DNA from: a bacterium
GTDB lineage: Bacteria > Vulcanimicrobiota > Xenobia > Xenobiales > JADMJV01
Direction: 5' to 3'
Length of the DNA: 64,000 bases
NCBI GenBank assembly: GCA_030149525.1
Contig: JASBRJ010000049.1
Coordinates: 9,019-73,018, forward strand
Positions 37,245 to 46,646 of this stretch are shown here, piece after piece (within the stretch, counting starts at the first letter, position 1; each line of letters starts with the position of its first letter). The notes under the pieces were generated by a model, which saw only the letters and a program-made list of their open reading frames with translations, ran no database searches and was not told the DNA's origin. The translations under genes and the position numbers were made by a program.

Positions 37245-37450
37245 AGGCCGCGCACCGTCAGCCCGAAGATATCCACCAGAAGATCCCGACACACCTCGCG
37301 AATTTGGTCGGGAGACTCAAGCTTCTGCCTCTCCTCCGAAGTGCTGCCCCAAAAATTTCCGTTCATACCCAAAAGACTGTCGAGGTCGTCCATCAGGGTC
37401 CTGATCTTTTCGGTTCTGTCCAGATGAGATACATCTATAGGCTGGCTCAT
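37241..37450 (-). CDS. Small hypothetical protein (69 aa)
   Basis: MSQPIDVSHLDRTEKIR...; translationally coupled to the next gene. Confidence 0.6.
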   Translation of the reverse strand: MSQPIDVSHLDRTEKIRTLMDDLDSLLGMNGNFWGSTSEERQKLESPDQIREVCRDLLVDIFGLTVRGL

Positions 37451-37514
37451 TGACCTAGCCTTCGTTGAGAACACTCATTCCCCTCGGCTCAAAGCCCGGT
37501 AAGGCGTAGAAATG

Positions 37515-37535
37515 AAAAAAGCAGGCGAGCCTGCT
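37515..37535 (-). terminator. Rho-independent terminator
   Basis: On the - strand, AGCAGG-CTCG-CCTGCT followed by a T-run. Confidence 0.7.
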
Positions 37536-37560
37536 GTTTCTCGAGACATGCTAGCGGGGA

Positions 37561-38250
37561 CTAGCCGAATACGCTCTTCAAACCGTTTCTGGCTGCATTC
37601 CAAAGACCCTTAGCCGCATCCAGTTTTTGTTGGCGATACTGGTTGGCAGTACCGGCTCTTTGGGAAGATGTATCGGCAAACTGCTTTAGTGCGCCCCCGA
37701 AGGTTTGGGTCTCCCGTTTAGAGGGGTCGTTGGCAGCCTCCGGAGTTTGGAAGTCTGGAGAGAGAGCGGCCTGAAACTGCTCGGTCATGGGCTGTTCGAA
37801 GGTAGCCATAAAGAGGGTTCCGGTACCGCGATTCTCCTTGATGACTGCGTAGCCGTCGGGGGTGGGTCCGTGATAGACCTCGTTGCCGTCATGCAATTTG
37901 GCGTACTGGAAGGTTTCCTCTTTGTCACCCTTAGTCGTCATGAACATAGCGTCGGTGACTTCGCCCTTTTCATTGGCCTGAGTCATTCCGAAGGTGGAGG
38001 CCTTGGCGACATCAATGCCCATTTTCTCGGCGATCTGCTCTTTGGGGGTGAGGGGTAGAGCGGCGGGCTTTTCGGGAGAAATCGTAACCACTGAGTCGGT
38101 AGGGTCGGTGTCGACGTTCTCTACATTGTCAAGTTTCTGAAATCGCGCAGCCGTTTCCTTAACGTTGTTCATAGTGCTGGTGGCTTTGCTATGAATGGCC
38201 ATCTGGTCTTTGTTCATGACGGCGTGAGTATTTAAGCTGATTGAAGTCAC
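37561..38250 (-). CDS. Hypothetical protein
   Basis: AGGAG RBS before GTG 38250. 229 aa, T/E/K rich, no Sec signal. Confidence 0.75.
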   Translation of the reverse strand: MTSISLNTHAVMNKDQMAIHSKATSTMNNVKETAARFQKLDNVENVDTDPTDSVVTISPEKPAALPLTPKEQIAEKMGIDVAKASTFGMTQANEKGEVTDAMFMTTKGDKEETFQYAKLHDGNEVYHGPTPDGYAVIKENRGTGTLFMATFEQPMTEQFQAALSPDFQTPEAANDPSKRETQTFGGALKQFADTSSQRAGTANQYRQQKLDAAKGLWNAARNGLKSVFG

Positions 38251-38316
38251 TGCGATCTCCTGCATGTTTTGGTATTGCCTTTAGAATAGCGCACAGATGT
38301 TAAAAACATGTGAATT

Positions 38317-39045
38317 TCAGGTTAAGCTTTGCGGTCGGAGCCAGCCGTCCGATTGTTGACAGACCACCACCGGACACACGTTTTCCTGTGCCGCGTACTT
38401 CACATCGGCTTCCATTCCGATACGAACAAGTTTCTCTCCGTGAGGGCACTTGAGGAGGAAGGCAGTCACGTCGTCTTTTCCTTCCAGGTAGAGATCTACG
38501 GCCGTCTCGGCTCGCTTGGAGAGACGGTAAGCGTTGCTCTCGTGCTGAGAAAGAGCCAAGGCCACTGCGCCGGCTAGAAAAGTATCCTCTCTCGACTCAC
38601 TGCCGGAATTCCCCGAGCACACCAGAAGAACGGGCTTTCCTCGGCGCACCAGACAGCTCACTGTGCTCTCCAGATTCAGCATCGACACCACCAACGGCAA
38701 ACCATAGCGTCGCGAGGCTGCAAGAGCCCGGGTGCCGTTGCTGGTGGTGAACCAGAGTCTTCGCCCTTGCACCCCCTTTTCGATCATCTCAAGCGGCGAG
38801 TTACCGAAATGAAAACCCTCCGGCGGTAGGCCTCCTCTTTCCCCGGCCAGCAAACCGTCTTGCTCTACCTCCTGTCGAGCCTGCTCTATGGTTGTTACAG
38901 GAAATATTCCCGCAGCACCGTGATAGAGGGCGGTCACAATCGTGGTGGTCGCGCGCAGCAGGTCGATGACCACCGGGCTCCACTCCAGATTTTGTGGCGG
39001 AGTCTCGTTAGGTAGAGGCAAGACATCTACCAAAAGCCGCTTCAT
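38317..39045 (-). CDS. comB: 2-phosphosulfolactate phosphatase family
   Basis: VVIDLLRATTTI, LAGERGG, GNSP, TTSNGT, REDTFLAG. Confidence 0.92.
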   Translation of the reverse strand: MKRLLVDVLPLPNETPPQNLEWSPVVIDLLRATTTIVTALYHGAAGIFPVTTIEQARQEVEQDGLLAGERGGLPPEGFHFGNSPLEMIEKGVQGRRLWFTTSNGTRALAASRRYGLPLVVSMLNLESTVSCLVRRGKPVLLVCSGNSGSESREDTFLAGAVALALSQHESNAYRLSKRAETAVDLYLEGKDDVTAFLLKCPHGEKLVRIGMEADVKYAAQENVCPVVVCQQSDGWLRPQSLT

Positions 39046-39773
39046 TCCGCTCGCCAGGCTTGCGGCAACGAGTTCTCGGAAAAACCGTGTCGTCGGAGAT
39101 ATACCTCGGTGAGCAGAACGTCTTCCGGACTATGAATATCGAGGCCGCCGTCGTTTTCCACAAAGAGAGTGTGCTCCCCCAGGTAAGGGAACGGCTGAGG
39201 TCCGCGAAGGGGAAAGCAGGACGACACTCGCATCGCTCTGGCCGCTCCGTCAAGCAAAAAGCAGGGAGTCATAGTCTGTCGATTGCTGGACGTTGTCTGA
39301 GGAATATCAGACCAGGGGAGCAAGCGCCCGTCTTCAGTGACCTGGCGGGTTCGGTAAGGATGAACCGATTTGTCGACAAGCCCCGTAACACAAGCGTCGG
39401 CTTCGGGATTGTGTTCCAGGGTCTCAAGACAGGCGTCGATCAGGCCCGGTCGGTGGGTGCCGCAGTTACAGTGCAAAGAGACGAGATACTCCACCTCGGT
39501 GCCGATGGTCTTTAGGGCGTGCTCCAAAGCGTGAGCCAGTTCCGAACGGTCTCCGGAAATCTCCTCTGGCCGTTCAATCACCGTGACGCCATACTCTTGG
39601 GCCAGAGCTTTCAGGTCGTTGCAATCGGTGGAAATATAAACCTTATCGATCTTTGTAGCGTTGAGAGCCGACAGAATAGGGTATGTTGCCAACGGACGCC
39701 CAAGAACAGGCATCACGTTTTTCTTCGTGATAGATTTGCTTCCGCCACGACCGGTAAGAAGGGCAATATTCAC
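39042..39773 (-). CDS. Acylneuraminate (CMP-sialic acid type) cytidylyltransferase
   Basis: LTGRGGSKSITKKNV..LGRPL, YISTD, LDGA, DIHSPED. ATGA coupling to comB. Confidence 0.85.
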   Translation of the reverse strand: MNIALLTGRGGSKSITKKNVMPVLGRPLATYPILSALNATKIDKVYISTDCNDLKALAQEYGVTVIERPEEISGDRSELAHALEHALKTIGTEVEYLVSLHCNCGTHRPGLIDACLETLEHNPEADACVTGLVDKSVHPYRTRQVTEDGRLLPWSDIPQTTSSNRQTMTPCFLLDGAARAMRVSSCFPLRGPQPFPYLGEHTLFVENDGGLDIHSPEDVLLTEVYLRRHGFSENSLPQAWRAE

Positions 39774-39810
39774 GGGTTCATAAGAGCCTTTCAGATAGGA
39801 TTTTGAGACT

Positions 39811-40758
39811 ATGAAGTTAGACTACCGCAGAGACAGTCGTCGAGACCTGGAGTTTCTGGGCCTTCCGGGCACCGACCATTCTATGCCAGAAGACTCCAAT
39901 AAAACCTTTTCCGACGGAAGCCATTTCGGAATCGAGGTCTCCAGTTGCAATACGCCGGAGACCCTCTCCGCCATGCTCGATTTCGCAGCTGAGCGGCAAC
40001 TGCGAATCGACAGATTCATGGAGTGCCGAGGGATCTCAAGACTCACCGACTCCGACATCAAATCCATGGCTACTCTCTGCCACCAGGCCGGTGCAGGACT
40101 GTACCTCTCCATCGGTGCCAGAGCGATCTATGCCACCGGCGCCTTCGTCCGCTCCAAGAACGGAGTCCGCCAAGGCTATCGAATGGTGGGAAGCGAGCAA
40201 CTGTGTCACGGGCTGGAAGAGATTCGTCGAGCCTACGACCTGGGAGTTCGAGGCTTTCTTGTCTACGACGAGGGCTTTCTCGACGTGGTAGGTCGACTCC
40301 GGTCCGACGGTCGACTGCCCGCCGATATTCAGTTAAAATTCTCGGTTCACTCCGGTTGCTCCAACCCGGCCTCGGCTTCTCTTCTCAGGCGTCTGGGAGC
40401 GGACTGCATCAATCCTGTGCCTGACCTTTCCATCTCGGCCCTGGCAGGATTGAGAAACGTCGTGGATTGCCCCTTGGATGTATTTAGCGATACGGCAGGC
40501 GATGCCGGTGGCTTGGTCCGAACCCACGAGGTCACCGATTTCATTGAGAAGGCTTCTCCCGTCTATCTTAAGTGTGGGCCCGTCTCCCAGCCCCATCAGA
40601 ATCACCTTCCCGACCAGCGCGAATTGAAAGAGAGAATTCGACAAACCGCCTGTGTGGTGGAAGAGATTCAGAGAAACGGCTCTCACCTGAAGAGAGTCAC
40701 AAAAGAGGAGCCCACACTCGCCCTGACGAGAGCGGAAGAGCCCGCCCCGGTGTCATGA
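39811..40758 (+). CDS. U32-like TIM-barrel protein, function unknown
   Basis: FLGLPGxD...FSDGSHFGIE, GVRGFLVYDEG, KFSVH, ADCINP, PLDVFSD, PVYLKCG. The family call is from memory. The typical U32 Fe-S Cys motif is not evident. Confidence 0.55.
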   Translation: MKLDYRRDSRRDLEFLGLPGTDHSMPEDSNKTFSDGSHFGIEVSSCNTPETLSAMLDFAAERQLRIDRFMECRGISRLTDSDIKSMATLCHQAGAGLYLSIGARAIYATGAFVRSKNGVRQGYRMVGSEQLCHGLEEIRRAYDLGVRGFLVYDEGFLDVVGRLRSDGRLPADIQLKFSVHSGCSNPASASLLRRLGADCINPVPDLSISALAGLRNVVDCPLDVFSDTAGDAGGLVRTHEVTDFIEKASPVYLKCGPVSQPHQNHLPDQRELKERIRQTACVVEEIQRNGSHLKRVTKEEPTLALTRAEEPAPVS

Positions 40759-41456
40759 GTCTGCTGGAACAACTGGTTGAAGGCAAAGACATCGCCGTCA
40801 TTGCCAAAAATCCGAAGTGCGCCGGTCTCGACTTCCACAACAAGGTGGTGGTCCGCTTTAACAATGACAGCGGCCGTGCGGATATCTGGTGTACTGCCCT
40901 CCACCGCGGTCGCAACGAGGAACTCCTGGACAGCTGCAGCCTGGTCGTGGTCCCTCATCCTTTGGAAGATGAAACCGTGCGGGGTCATTTCGCGGCCTCC
41001 TCAGAGTGGCTGGACAAACCTGTCGAATTTTGCGATCCCCAACCCTACTCCGAGTTGCGAAATAAGTTGAACGCCACCCCCCTCAGCGGAACAGCCTTCC
41101 TTCACATGCTGCGAGGCCTGAACAACTTTAAAAGTTGTACCCTCTATGGCTTCGACGCTCACCTCACCCCCGGAGCCCAGGTCACCTCTTTTAGCGTCTA
41201 CTACAACCACAAACCTCTCATGGATCATCGTTACATCCGATATCTTGTTCTCTTCGACTCCCGATTTCGCGCCGGAGAACATACTCGTCTTTTTTGGCCG
41301 GAAATCTGGTGGAACATCCGTCGACCGAAATATTTCCTGGACAAGCACGCGCCGGTGTTCTTGGAACACCTCAAAAAGGGCAGGCTGCTCCAAGCCTTCA
41401 GCCGTCTTGTAGAGGCGCTCAGAAGCAAAACCGGAGACCAGTCTTCAGAGAAATAA
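40755..41456 (+). CDS. Glycosyltransferase family 29 (sialyltransferase)-like protein
   Basis: IAVIAKN...VVVRFNN (L-motif-like), ATPLSG (S-motif-like), LYGFD, HxxxxDH (VS-like). ATGA coupling at 40755. Confidence 0.6.
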   Translation: MSLLEQLVEGKDIAVIAKNPKCAGLDFHNKVVVRFNNDSGRADIWCTALHRGRNEELLDSCSLVVVPHPLEDETVRGHFAASSEWLDKPVEFCDPQPYSELRNKLNATPLSGTAFLHMLRGLNNFKSCTLYGFDAHLTPGAQVTSFSVYYNHKPLMDHRYIRYLVLFDSRFRAGEHTRLFWPEIWWNIRRPKYFLDKHAPVFLEHLKKGRLLQAFSRLVEALRSKTGDQSSEK

Positions 41457-41506
41457 CGCATCGGTTTGATGTTTTTTTGACATCAGCTTAATACGTTTCA
41501 GAGACT

Positions 41507-42025
41507 ATGAACGTCTCATCATCACTCAAACCGGCTGCCGCGCCGAAACTGTCTCCATTCAAAGCCAACAAGCCCCAAACCAAACCCGAGAAACCTCTGG
41601 ACACCTATCAAAGACTCACAGAAGAGTCGGACCGGTGGTCGACCCTGAGATGGGCGGGGACTGTGGCTCTAGGCACCGCAAGCTCCGCTCTGGCAGGAAC
41701 GTTTCTGGGCGCGCTGAGCGGACCCGCAGGCCGGGCGGCCGGAGCCGTCATGGGGGGAGCGTTAGGCTTTCTGGCCGGAAGCGCTGTGGGCTCCATGGGC
41801 ACCTTGGGTCTGGGATCTGCCGACACTCAGTACAAGGTCATGCAGTATGGAGCCGTGGCCGGTTGCGCCCTAGGAACCCTGATTGGAGTGGCCAACGGAG
41901 CCGGATTTTCACCGGCCGGTGGCGCCGCAGCAGCGGGATTCACCGGCTTTATGGCGAGTAACCTTGTGTCTTTCTATATGGACGAAAAGCTCGACGAAGC
42001 CAATCGAAAGAAAGCCGGGCTCTAA
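41507..42025 (+). CDS. Glycine-zipper membrane-associated hypothetical protein
   Basis: P/K/S-rich N-terminus, then GxxxG-rich hydrophobic helices. Confidence 0.75.
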   Translation: MNVSSSLKPAAAPKLSPFKANKPQTKPEKPLDTYQRLTEESDRWSTLRWAGTVALGTASSALAGTFLGALSGPAGRAAGAVMGGALGFLAGSAVGSMGTLGLGSADTQYKVMQYGAVAGCALGTLIGVANGAGFSPAGGAAAAGFTGFMASNLVSFYMDEKLDEANRKKAGL

Positions 42026-43173
42026 GCGATCTGATTGGCTTTGAGATGCCCGCTCAAAGCGTCTTCCAACAATTGCCGATGGGCCACATCATCGAGTGGC
42101 ACAGGATTGGTCCCGGCACTGGGATCGGCTGTGGCTGCCGAGGCTAACTCCACGGCGTCTTCCGGCACGCCCAACTCAAGAAGAGTGTTTGGAATAGCCA
42201 GCTTTTGCCGAATCTTGAGCACCCATCTCAGGGGGTCTTCCCCAAGGGCGTGGGCCATCTCTTCCCATTTGCCCTTGAGGGCTTTCCTGTTGAACTCAAG
42301 AACATACGGCATCAGTACGGCGTTGAGCATGCCGTGGTGGAGATCGTACTTTCCGCCCAGGGGATGACTCAAGGAGTGGATGGCCCCTAGACCCTTCTGA
42401 AAGGCGGTCGATCCCATAATGGAGGCGGCCAGCATCTTGGAGCGAGCTTCCAGGTTCGCTCCGTCGTTGTAAGCCGTTTCCAGGGCTTCAGAAATGAGAC
42501 GCATCCCCTGAAGCGCGATGCCCGCCGCCATGGGATGGAAAACCGGGCTGCAGTAGGCTTCCAGGTTGTGGGCCAGAGCATCCATGCCGGTGGCCGCCGT
42601 GAGTTTCTTGGGCATCCCCACAGTCAGAGCCGGGTCGGCGATGACTCTGGAGGGGAGCATCCTAGGATGAAAGATGATCTTTTTTAGCTTGCTGTTGCTA
42701 TCGGTGATGATAGACGCTCGACCGACCTCGGAGCCTGTTCCGGCCGTGGTGGGGACGGCGATAATGGGTGCTACGGCCTCTGCCTTGACCCTTTTGTAGT
42801 TGTCCCCCTCATCCACGAAATCAAAAAGAGGGCGACCCTGGCCAACCATAAGGGCCACAGCCTTGCCGGCATCCAGAGGGCTTCCACCACCCAGGGCTAC
42901 CACACCATCACACTGACCTCGTCGATAGGCCTCGACTCCTGCCATGACATTGCCCTCGTGAGGATTCGCCTTCACCTCGGAGAAGACTGCGAAGGGCAAC
43001 CCTGCCAATCGCAGAGCACTCTCCGCCTCCTCCACGGGAGGGAGCGCCACGAGGTCTGGGTCGGTCACAAGCAGGGGGCGTCTGATGTTCAATTCGGCGC
43101 ACGCCTCGGCCAGTTCGCTAATACGCCCTGCTCCGAAACGAATGGGTGTGGGATAATTCCAATTTCCGGTCAT
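42022..43173 (-). CDS. Iron-containing alcohol dehydrogenase
   Basis: GGGSPLD, PTTAGTGSE, TGMDALAH, HSLSH, HHG. Confidence 0.95.
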   Translation of the reverse strand: MTGNWNYPTPIRFGAGRISELAEACAELNIRRPLLVTDPDLVALPPVEEAESALRLAGLPFAVFSEVKANPHEGNVMAGVEAYRRGQCDGVVALGGGSPLDAGKAVALMVGQGRPLFDFVDEGDNYKRVKAEAVAPIIAVPTTAGTGSEVGRASIITDSNSKLKKIIFHPRMLPSRVIADPALTVGMPKKLTAATGMDALAHNLEAYCSPVFHPMAAGIALQGMRLISEALETAYNDGANLEARSKMLAASIMGSTAFQKGLGAIHSLSHPLGGKYDLHHGMLNAVLMPYVLEFNRKALKGKWEEMAHALGEDPLRWVLKIRQKLAIPNTLLELGVPEDAVELASAATADPSAGTNPVPLDDVAHRQLLEDALSGHLKANQIA

Positions 43174-44552
43174 CGGGGAACCTTTCTAAGATGAAAAGAT
43201 TTGGGTCGGGTGAGTTGTTCGTAGCCCACCACCGAGAGGGTGCAACCACGACCGGAGTCCTTCACGCCGGTCCAGGCAAGCGACGGGTCCAGGTAGTCAC
43301 AACGATTGGCAAAAATTGTGCCTGCGTGGACTTGACGGGCCAGGCGATCGGCTCGATGAAGATCCTCCGTCCAGATGGAGGCCGTCAGACCGTAACGACT
43401 ATCGTTCATCAGTAAGATTGCCTCCTCGTCAGACTCCACCGCCATGACACCCACCACAGGCCCGAAGGTTTCCTCGGTCATCAAAGGCATCCCGTGATGA
43501 ACATCGATGAACACCTCGGGAGGAAGAAAAGCCCCCTCCCCCAGGCCTTTCCTCAAGATCGCCTGGGCACCCATATCTTCGGCCTGTTTCATTTGCCGTC
43601 GGACAAAGTCGGCGGCCCTAGGGCGAACGAGCGGCCCCAAGGTCGTAGCGTCATCCAGCGGGTCCCCCAGTTTCAATTTGCGGGTGTGTTCTACCAAAAG
43701 GTCTACAAATTCATCGAAGCGTTTGGCGTGAACATAAATCCTCTCAATACCGCAACACGATTGACCGCTGTTGAAGAAAGCTCCGTCAGCGAGGTTTTCG
43801 GCCGAAAATTCCAGATTTGCGTCCTCGCGAACATAGGCCGGGTCCTTGCCCCCTAGCTCCAGACCCATCGGAGTGAACGTTCCTCCGGCGGCTTTATGAA
43901 GGGTCCTTCCCCCCTCCACAGATCCTGTAAAACTGACCATGTCGCAGGCTCCTCCAGCCACCAGATCTTCGGTCGCCTGGTGGGTCAGATGAAGCACCTG
44001 AAAGACGCCTTCCGGAAGCCCCGCCTCCTGAAAAGCCTTCGCGAAACGCTCTGCACAAGCGATGGTCTGGGAAGAATGCTTAAGAATCACCACGTTGCCC
44101 GCAGCCAGGGCCGGAACAATAGAGTTTACTGCAATCAAATAGGGATAGTTCCAGGCCGCGACGACGAAGACAAGCCCTTGAGGCAAGCGCTCAATTCGTC
44201 TACCTTCGCCCACCTCAATCGATTTGAGAGCTTCCGGAGCCAACTCGATCATCTTGCGGGCTCGCTCTTCGAAACCGCGGATTTCTCCCGGCGTGTAGCG
44301 GATGGGGCGACCCATCATCAAAGAAATCTCGCGAGCGATCTCATCGGTCTTCGCCACCATGGCGTCGGTAAATCGTGTGAGAATATCGAGTCGCTCCTCA
44401 AGAGGCAAGCCCGACCAGCGCGATTGGGCCTCCCGCGCCTTATCCAAGGCCCTCTCTACCTCTCGGGCGGTGGCCGCCGGGCGTTCGAAAACGACGCTTC
44501 CGTCGACCGGAGAAAAGACCTGAATGATTTCGGTTGAATTAGATGATTTCAA
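43170..44552 (-). CDS. NAD(P)-dependent aldehyde dehydrogenase
   Basis: AWNYP, FTGS, ELGGKDP, GQSCC, EETFGP. Likely TTG start at 44552 with a GGAG RBS, overlapping the GS stop. Confidence 0.95.
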   Translation of the reverse strand: MKSSNSTEIIQVFSPVDGSVVFERPAATAREVERALDKAREAQSRWSGLPLEERLDILTRFTDAMVAKTDEIAREISLMMGRPIRYTPGEIRGFEERARKMIELAPEALKSIEVGEGRRIERLPQGLVFVVAAWNYPYLIAVNSIVPALAAGNVVILKHSSQTIACAERFAKAFQEAGLPEGVFQVLHLTHQATEDLVAGGACDMVSFTGSVEGGRTLHKAAGGTFTPMGLELGGKDPAYVREDANLEFSAENLADGAFFNSGQSCCGIERIYVHAKRFDEFVDLLVEHTRKLKLGDPLDDATTLGPLVRPRAADFVRRQMKQAEDMGAQAILRKGLGEGAFLPPEVFIDVHHGMPLMTEETFGPVVGVMAVESDEEAILLMNDSRYGLTASIWTEDLHRADRLARQVHAGTIFANRCDYLDPSLAWTGVKDSGRGCTLSVVGYEQLTRPKSFHLRKVPR

Positions 44553-45906
44553 AATAACGCTCCATCTCCCAATCGGTAATGGCTCTGCGAAACTCTCGCT
44601 CTTCCCATTCTCGACTGGCCGCAAAGTGATCGACAAAAGCGTCTCCAAAACCTTGTCTCGCCGCCTCGCAGGCTTTGAGTCGCTGGGCCGCTTCCCACAG
44701 GGTTTGGGGAAGGGCAGTGGCCGGATCTGGAGTCACATCGTAGGCGTTGCCTTGAATCGGCTCATCGGGCTCCAGTTCGTTTTCGATTCCGTAGAGACCG
44801 GAATAAAGCGCCGCAGCCAAAGCCAAATAGGGATTTGCGTCGGCGGCCGCGATCCGATACTCCAGCCGTTGAGCCTTAGGGCTGCCTCCGATAGCGCGCA
44901 GAGCACAGGTTCGATTCTCAATCCCCCAGGTCGGATTGGTGGGGGCCCAAAACCCGGGGATCAGGCGGGTATAAGAGTTGATGGTTGGAGACACCATAGC
45001 CAGGACTCTTGGCATGAGGGCCTGACATCCGGCGATGAAGTGCCGCTGAAGCTTGCTGATCCCTCCCTCGGCGTCTCCATCAAAAAAGACGTTGTTGCCG
45101 TCGAGATCCAGAAGACTCATATGGATATGCCCGCTCTGCCCGGGATAATGGGGCGACCACTTGGCCATGAACGTCGCCATAAGATCATGGCGTTGAGCCA
45201 GCACCTTGGTGAAGGTTTTGAACAGCGCGGCCTTATCTGCCGACGCCATGCTTTCATCCACTGTGATGGCGGCCTCAAGCACTCCCGGACCCGTCTCGGT
45301 ATGAAGGCCCTCCAACTCAAAATTCATCTCCTGGCACATATCCAGGAGATCATGGTAGAAGCCGGCGTGGACTGAGTTTCTCAGGACCGAATAGCCGAAG
45401 TTACCCGGCGTCCAGGGAGTGAGATTGCGGTAACCTTTTTGGCGAACGGAATCGGGAGTTTCCTTGAAAAGAAAAAACTCGTATTCAAATGCTGAGTAGG
45501 GCTCAAAACCCATGTCCTTGGCTTTCTCGACGATTCTTCGAAGACACCCGCGGGGACAAACTTCTTCCGCCCGCCCGATGAATTCGCCCAGAAAGAAAAA
45601 TCCGCCGTCTTCCAGTGGGAGCACTCGAGCCGTCTCCGGGAGGACCCTCACCTCGGCGTCGGGATATCCCGTATGCCACCCGGTCATAGTCACATTGTCG
45701 TAAAGCTGGTCGTTGCTATCCCAGCCCAAAACCACATCGCAAAAACCGAACCCCTTGTCCAAAGCGGATAGGAATTTGGATTTGGACATATACTTGCCAC
45801 GAAGAACACCGTCGAGATCGAAGACCCCGACCTTGACCGAATGAAAAGGCGAGTTCTGGACCAGGTCTCTGGCCTCGTCGACGGTGCTGATCTGAAACGG
45901 CTGCAT
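44539..45906 (-). CDS. Glutamine synthetase family (gamma-glutamyl-amine ligase, PuuA-like)
   Basis: DLDGVLRGK, EYEFF, HTETGPG, GHIHMS, WGIENR, RLEYR, ANPYL. Confidence 0.93.
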   Translation of the reverse strand: MQPFQISTVDEARDLVQNSPFHSVKVGVFDLDGVLRGKYMSKSKFLSALDKGFGFCDVVLGWDSNDQLYDNVTMTGWHTGYPDAEVRVLPETARVLPLEDGGFFFLGEFIGRAEEVCPRGCLRRIVEKAKDMGFEPYSAFEYEFFLFKETPDSVRQKGYRNLTPWTPGNFGYSVLRNSVHAGFYHDLLDMCQEMNFELEGLHTETGPGVLEAAITVDESMASADKAALFKTFTKVLAQRHDLMATFMAKWSPHYPGQSGHIHMSLLDLDGNNVFFDGDAEGGISKLQRHFIAGCQALMPRVLAMVSPTINSYTRLIPGFWAPTNPTWGIENRTCALRAIGGSPKAQRLEYRIAAADANPYLALAAALYSGLYGIENELEPDEPIQGNAYDVTPDPATALPQTLWEAAQRLKACEAARQGFGDAFVDHFAASREWEEREFRRAITDWEMERYFEII

Positions 45907-46001
45907 GAAACACTCCCCTGATTTGGTTTCGGGAAGCTTTCTGAACCTGTCGAGGGCCGACCTTCCCAGGTCGAATCACCTCTCAAGTCGAACCTTTAAG
46001 T

Positions 46002-46610
46002 ATGAATCGAGTCACACTGTTCATTCTTGTTGTCGCGACCCTTCTCTTCTCCCCGGGATGCGCCGCGGCGAAGCTGGCAAGCGTTGCCGGCAAAGCTGCT
46101 AAAGTCGGGTCGGTGGCCGCAAAGACAACAAGCACGGCCGCCAAAGCCGGCTCAGCCGCCTCCAAGGCAGGTGCTGCCGGCAAAGCCATCGGTAAAGGCG
46201 TTACGGTGGTGGCTCTGACTCAGGCCGACGACCTGGCCCGAATGGGGCGCCTGGCTCAACACGCCGACTCGGTCGTTCTCGTGGGCACCGAGCTTCCCAA
46301 GGCCGGGAAAGCCGTTTCCCGCCTAGAGCCGGAAATCATCGACAGCTTCCTCACCGGATTGGATGTGGCGGATCTTTTTTTCGGTGAAGGGGAGACCGAG
46401 GGAAGCGAGTTTCACCTGGGTGACGGCGGACCGACGGGGATGAGAGACGCTTTTATGGCTTTTCCTTCAACCATAGCTATCTCTCCCACCATGCAGATCG
46501 AGAATCGGTTCTGGGCCCAGTGGCTCCGCCGCCCCGAGGGTGACCGGCTTGGTGTTTACGATGCCGAAAGCGACAAGGTCGCCCTTCTGAAGCCGGAGCT
46601 CAAAAAATAG
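46002..46610 (+). CDS. Putative lipoprotein
   Basis: Signal peptide ending FSPG-C (lipobox-like), followed by an A/K-rich low-complexity stretch. Confidence 0.65.
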   Translation: MNRVTLFILVVATLLFSPGCAAAKLASVAGKAAKVGSVAAKTTSTAAKAGSAASKAGAAGKAIGKGVTVVALTQADDLARMGRLAQHADSVVLVGTELPKAGKAVSRLEPEIIDSFLTGLDVADLFFGEGETEGSEFHLGDGGPTGMRDAFMAFPSTIAISPTMQIENRFWAQWLRRPEGDRLGVYDAESDKVALLKPELKK

Positions 46611-46646
46611 TGAAGGTTGGTGGAAGGGCCCTGCGAAAGCTTTGGC

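Noticed and set aside
38317-39045. Coenzyme M biosynthesis implied by comB
   Set aside because: No comA/C/D/E genes are present, and ComB homologs are widespread in bacteria without CoM synthesis.
44524-45375. Long antisense ORFs (this one, 6966-7730, 34005-34862, 54457-55203, 43896-44537 and similar)
   Set aside because: They are shadows of well-supported genes on the opposite strand, expected from GC-rich codon bias, and have no motifs.
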